A stretch of DNA of 64,000 nucleotides. Source: an uncultured Methanosarcinaceae archaeon (GTDB lineage: Archaea; Halobacteriota; Methanosarcinia; Methanosarcinales; Methanosarcinaceae). The notes under the pieces are model-generated. The model was not told where the DNA came from and searched no databases. It was given only the letters and a program-made list of their open reading frames with translations. Shown here one piece after another: positions 59,488-64,000 of the stretch. The position numbers and the translations under genes are program-made. The stretch covers positions 276,578-340,577 of the forward strand of contig CAWHXP010000008.1 of NCBI GenBank assembly GCA_963833425.1, given 5' to 3'. Positions within the stretch are counted from its first letter, which is position 1; each line of letters opens with the position of its first letter.

Positions 59488-59708
59488 CCGCTTAAATATC
59501 TTTTTGTGAATATTCACTTTACTGAGATTTTAGGTTCAAAATATGATAAAACATAGGGAATTGAATCAATAAACTGTGATTTTTTTCACAGAAAATTTCG
59601 AAAACCTACATATTTTCTGTCGAACATTGGTGGGAAAAAAGTTTTTCTGAAATATATTACTTACAAGAAGAATATAAAATATCAAATACAAATTTCATAG
59701 CATGGAGA

Positions 59709-60634
59709 ATGACTGTGATTGAAACTAGAAAGATAACAAAAGTACTGAAGAGCAAACTCACGAATGAAGGAGCCGGTGTCCATCTCAAAAGGGCATTTGG
59801 GTTCAGCCAGGTCCCCCTGTTCGACCCCTTTTTGCTCCTTGATGATTTTAGAGGTCCGATAATCCAGAGCATATCTCAAAGGGTTTCCCTGGCATCCTCA
59901 TCGTGGTATAGAGACGATTACCTATGTTCTTCGTGGTGACGTAGAACATGGGGACAGTATGGGAAATAAGGGAATTATTTCATCAGGTGACGTACAATGG
60001 ATGACTGCAGGAAGCGGAATCACCACCAGGAATTGCCTAAAGGAGATTTTAACGGCTCTATGTACGGATTTCAACTATGGACTAATCTCCCAAAATCCCA
60101 CAAAATGATGGAGCCACACTATCGGGACTTAAAAGTGATCAAATCCCAATAGTGTCGCTAGAGAATGGCACGAAAACAAGGGTCAATTGTGGAAGTGTGG
60201 GGGATAGAAAAGGGCCTGTGCAAGACATAGTCACCGATCCGGAATATCTGGATATAATCGTACCAGCTGGATTGGAATTTTCTCATCCTACAAAGCGCAG
60301 ACACACAGTTTTGGTTTATGTTATCGAGGGGAAAGGTTACTTCTGCGAGGAAAAGAAACCATTTTCCTACGAGATTGAAGGCATCAATTATTTCGACATG
60401 AAGCAAGATCCCTATCTAGAAAACGGAGATCTGGTCTTCTTTTGAGATGGGGATCAAGTTATGGTCTCAACTGAAGGAGAGCATGTCAGACTCCTGCTAA
60501 TATCAGGAAAGCCTGTCGTTGAACCGGTTGCTTGGTACGGCCCTATTGTAATGAACACGCAAGACGAGTTGCGAATTGCTTTTGAGGAATTCGACAATGG
60601 AACGTTTATTAAGAAGCATAAGAGATCTTATTGA
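59709..60634 (+). pseudogene. Pirin family protein, multiply frameshifted
   Basis: [64 protein letters not shown] in different frames. Confidence 0.92.
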
Positions 60635-60669
60635 AAAAGAGAGATAGATTGGACGGAGGGTACTATAGA

Positions 60670-61100
60670 TGAATAGGCATATAGTAGGCCTCATGTAGTT
60701 TGTACTAGATGTGACTCCAGAGGAGTTTAAAAATAACGTCGCGGATTAGGCAAAGCACAAAGGTTTCAAGTATTCCTGTACTCTTAACTACAGTGTATAA
60801 GGGGTCAAACGGCACTATTCTTGCTGAATTGGAGTATTACCCCGAGACAGAGGTTAATCGTTGTCCAAGCAATTATAGACGCCAGTCGAGCAGTGAGTTA
60901 TCTGGAACACGAGGCTACAATAGCAATTTTTGTCCAGACGAGCTTGAATATACGTAACTGGTGGTCAATTGCTGCAGAACTTCAAGCAGATTCGCTTAGA
61001 GATGAATCAGAAGGATGGCTTTACGTTATGGTTTTAGAAAGTATTTGCCTAGCTGGGATCGCTTACTTGATACTGCAACGGTTTTAGGGACCTGAAAGAT
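60670..61100 (+). pseudogene. YcaC-like isochorismatase family remnant
   Basis: VGLM*FVLDVTPEEFKNNV, IPVLLTT, IIDAS...EHEA...NWWSIAAELQAD fragments. Confidence 0.55.
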
Positions 61101-61369
61101 GATACCTACATAACGAGGTAATGGCAGAATCACAAGCAATAATTTCTTTAGGGCTTACTCATTTGAGGAGCTTAACGAGAAACATAAAAGTTTGTGTAAC
61201 GGTGGTATATTTGAAATAGATTGACATTTTACGCCATGATTTTGTAACTCAACCCTAAGTTCTAATGAAACTGAAAAGTTCCCTGCAAAATAAGTGACTG
61301 TGAAGTTTAATTTTTTTCACTTTTTGATAAGTCCTCTAAGCTTCATTAAATCAAAAATAAGGCAAAATA

Positions 61370-61853
61370 ATGTCCCTCAAAGGCTCACAACAGTTGTTTG
61401 CATTATTTTTTGCAATTCATTTTGCCATGATTATAGATCGTTCCCGCGAAATGTACAAACCCTGGGATACATACTATGCGTGAAGAGGAAAATCTCATAA
61501 TATTAAGTGTTTACTAACAACATGGGTATTTTATTTCTCATGCCACTATTCCATTTTGCAATCTTATTTGTTCTTCTGAATCAGCGAATATTCAATTCGA
61601 TATGACTATCAGAGACGTATCAAGTGTTTCTCTAATAGGCCTTAGTTTATTTTTCGATTTTGGTTATTTCAGAATGTATAAAGGCTTTTTGCATAGATTT
61701 CCAGAATCTTTTTTCACAGGTGAAGATAGAATGACAGCGGCCTGTTAGATAAGATCCGTCCGAATTTTAGGGCCATTTTATGCCTTGCGCTTTGTACGTG
61801 CCCCTATCCACTTTGGTGATGTTGATAGCAGTTTATCATTATGATACAACTTA
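61370..61853 (+). pseudogene. Hypothetical membrane protein remnant
   Basis: MSLKGSQQLFALFFAIHFAMII...WDTYYA*RGK, further hydrophobic segments in shifted frames. Confidence 0.5.
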
Positions 61854-62520
61854 AACTAAAAATGTTCTAGCGACCTAATAATCGGATCAAATGCGAAATT
61901 AGGAGAAATATCTGGACAGGATTCACGAAGAAAAAAATTAAAGGTAACTCGAAATCCCTTTATGTCTACTGCTTTTGAGGAAGACGTGAAGAGTTCTATG
62001 TACAAGATTTTTGATATTGAATTTGACAGATTAGCTCCACAACAGATAAAATATTAATACTGTTTGCAAATGTTAATAATTTTCATTATTTTAATCTCAT
62101 GGTACAATTGTCTCTTCCAAAGCAATGTTAGGAAAGTTTGTCTTAAAAAAGACGACTAAATTCTATGTAGTTAGTCACAGGGGCATCTAAACTTTTGAAG
62201 GAATTCATATATTTGAGTTTCTGATCTACTGAAGATCTCTAATGTAAACAAGAAAATTAAAAAATTTTCAGACATAAACATTTTACACGTGCAAAAATTT
62301 AGAAAATATGGAAAAATTGGTACATCTTCTTCAATCCAAAAAAAAGAAAATGTGATCATGGAAAACTCAGTTTCCTAGTTACAGCAACTTCAGAGGGCCT
62401 TTCAAAACTAAAAAATCGACACATCGATCCGATAGTTTGATATACATTTTAAATTTATCTATATCTTAAAGATAGTAGGAAGTTGACAGAACAAATAAAA
62501 TATTGAGCCTTAAAGTATGA

Positions 62521-63222
62521 ATGCTGAAGATTATGGGGTCAAAAATGGAAACTAAAGGACATTTCGTCTTGCTAGGGTACGGAGATGTTGGGAAAAGCAT
62601 CGTAAAAGTACTTTCAGGAGGACCTTTTTGTTTCGTGGTTGTAGACTCCAATGAAAAAGTTTTTGATAATGTAGACTTTGAGTATTTAATTGGCGATGGA
62701 TCAGATGAAGAGATACTGATTAAAGCCGGAGTAAAAACTGCTTCTTTCGTTTTTGTGGTCCTTAATGACGATACAAATGTTATTTTTGCAACCCTTATTT
62801 CTAGGGGTCTTAATCCGGAAGTCACTATCGTGGCAAGGGCAAATTCCGTTAAATCTATAGACAAGATTTACAAGGCCGGAGCAGACTATGTAGGATCTCT
62901 TTCCATAGTAGCCGGCCAGATGATTGCCAAAATGACTGCAAATTGTGTAGGAAAAAGCTGTAGAATCGACGAGGATATAATGCTTTATGAGGGCATCGAA
63001 ATTGAAAAGCATCGCGTTGAAAAGGGTTCGTTCCTTGAAAATAAATTAATAGAAGACCTCGATCTCGAAAAAAAGATCGGATGCACTATTATAGGCATTG
63101 GAAGGGAAAAACTTGTTATCACTGCCATTACAAGGCAAACAGCTATTAAGGCCGGAGATACGATCGCAGTTGTGGGAAGCAATAAACAGATTTCAGAATT
63201 TAAGGAAAGATACCTCGAGTAA
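62521..63222 (+). CDS. TrkA/RCK domain protein (TrkA-N + TrkA-C)
   Basis: LGYGDVG, GDGSDEEILIKAGV, IVARAN, AGADYV, GDTIAVVG; true start may be 62533 or 62545. Confidence 0.9.
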   Translation: MLKIMGSKMETKGHFVLLGYGDVGKSIVKVLSGGPFCFVVVDSNEKVFDNVDFEYLIGDGSDEEILIKAGVKTASFVFVVLNDDTNVIFATLISRGLNPEVTIVARANSVKSIDKIYKAGADYVGSLSIVAGQMIAKMTANCVGKSCRIDEDIMLYEGIEIEKHRVEKGSFLENKLIEDLDLEKKIGCTIIGIGREKLVITAITRQTAIKAGDTIAVVGSNKQISEFKERYLE

Positions 63223-63455
63223 AGTCTGTTTTCTATAATTCTTATTTAGTTTTGAGGAAGGAATATAATCAATTTTCCGTAGATGTGCCTAGATTGCCAT
63301 CGATTTCCTCTATAGGACAGTAACTTAAAATTTAATCTGACTTTCTATAGCTGATAGTAGCTGAATAAACAAATAAATTATACATTTGTGAAAGTCTGAT
63401 CGATTACTCGAAAAAAGTATAAATGTAAAAATTTTCAAGCTTGAGGTGTGATAAT

Positions 63456-64000
63456 ATGGAGAGTTTGTCTACAGGAATTGAAGGGTTGGATGTCTTAATG
63501 GATGGAGGGTATCCTAAAGGAAAGGGGATTCTTATAACTGGTCCTCCTGGTGCTGGAAAAACTATTCTTGGACTTCACTTTCTGCATAGAAGCTGCCATG
63601 AAGGCAGGAGATGTATTTTGATTCTGACGAGGGAACTCACTGAAGACGTCCTCAGTCAATCCCGAAGCATAAAACTTGACCTCGAACCTTTTTTGGAGAG
63701 CGGACTGCTTAGTATAAGGAATATCTTTGAGGACAAGATGAATAAAATTAAATTAGTTTCCAAGTTCGGTAAAGGACTCTGCTCTGTGGACACAGACATA
63801 ATAGAGTATCTCAGCGCAATGTCTTCGGAAGTTGATGTCGTAGTTATTGATACCATTGGGGTCTTGGCTATAAATAACGATATAAAAGAGTTTGCAGATG
63901 AATTTAGCTCTATAAGCATAATTCTTCTGAAAAACGGATGTACAAGCCTCTTTATTATGGACGAAGCCTCTTATAACCTGACCCACCGACTTGCCGGCTA
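63456..64000 (+). CDS. KaiC/RAD55-like RecA-superfamily ATPase (runs off the window)
   Basis: Hand translation MESLSTGIEGLDVLMDGGYPKG...GPPGAGKT...VVVIDT; GAGGTG SD. Confidence 0.9.
   Translation, partial: MESLSTGIEGLDVLMDGGYPKGKGILITGPPGAGKTILGLHFLHRSCHEGRRCILILTRELTEDVLSQSRSIKLDLEPFLESGLLSIRNIFEDKMNKIKLVSKFGKGLCSVDTDIIEYLSAMSSEVDVVVIDTIGVLAINNDIKEFADEFSSISIILLKNGCTSLFIMDEASYNLTHRLAG

Overview
AT-rich archaeal chromosome segment. Gene content (MC1, methanogenesis marker 14, mptA, RaSEA, gatCAB, Pcc1, YVTN remnant) points to Methanosarcina or a close Methanosarcinaceae relative. Core housekeeping genes are intact, but about 20 accessory genes are broken by frameshifts, nonsense codons or deletions; by my hand tally only ~24 of 64 kb (~38%) is intact CDS, which suggests a lineage in active genome erosion. 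Most notable: (1) two decayed copies, on opposite strands, of one virus/satellite-like element (hypothetical gene, variable cargo, conserved ~110-bp non-coding motif, terminase-small-subunit-like HTH gene), one keeping a convergent iteron array and lying beside a SRAP-dinB cassette; (2) a part-decayed PfpI-VOC-glgX-AGE epimerase-GH13 operon of unknown function; (3) a 221-bp near-perfect palindrome; (4) three genes whose expected start codon is ATA or ACG; (5) two decayed tRNA-Leu-like genes; (6) a 46-bp tandem repeat. All family calls come from motif recognition by eye; no searches were run, and pseudogene boundaries are approximate.
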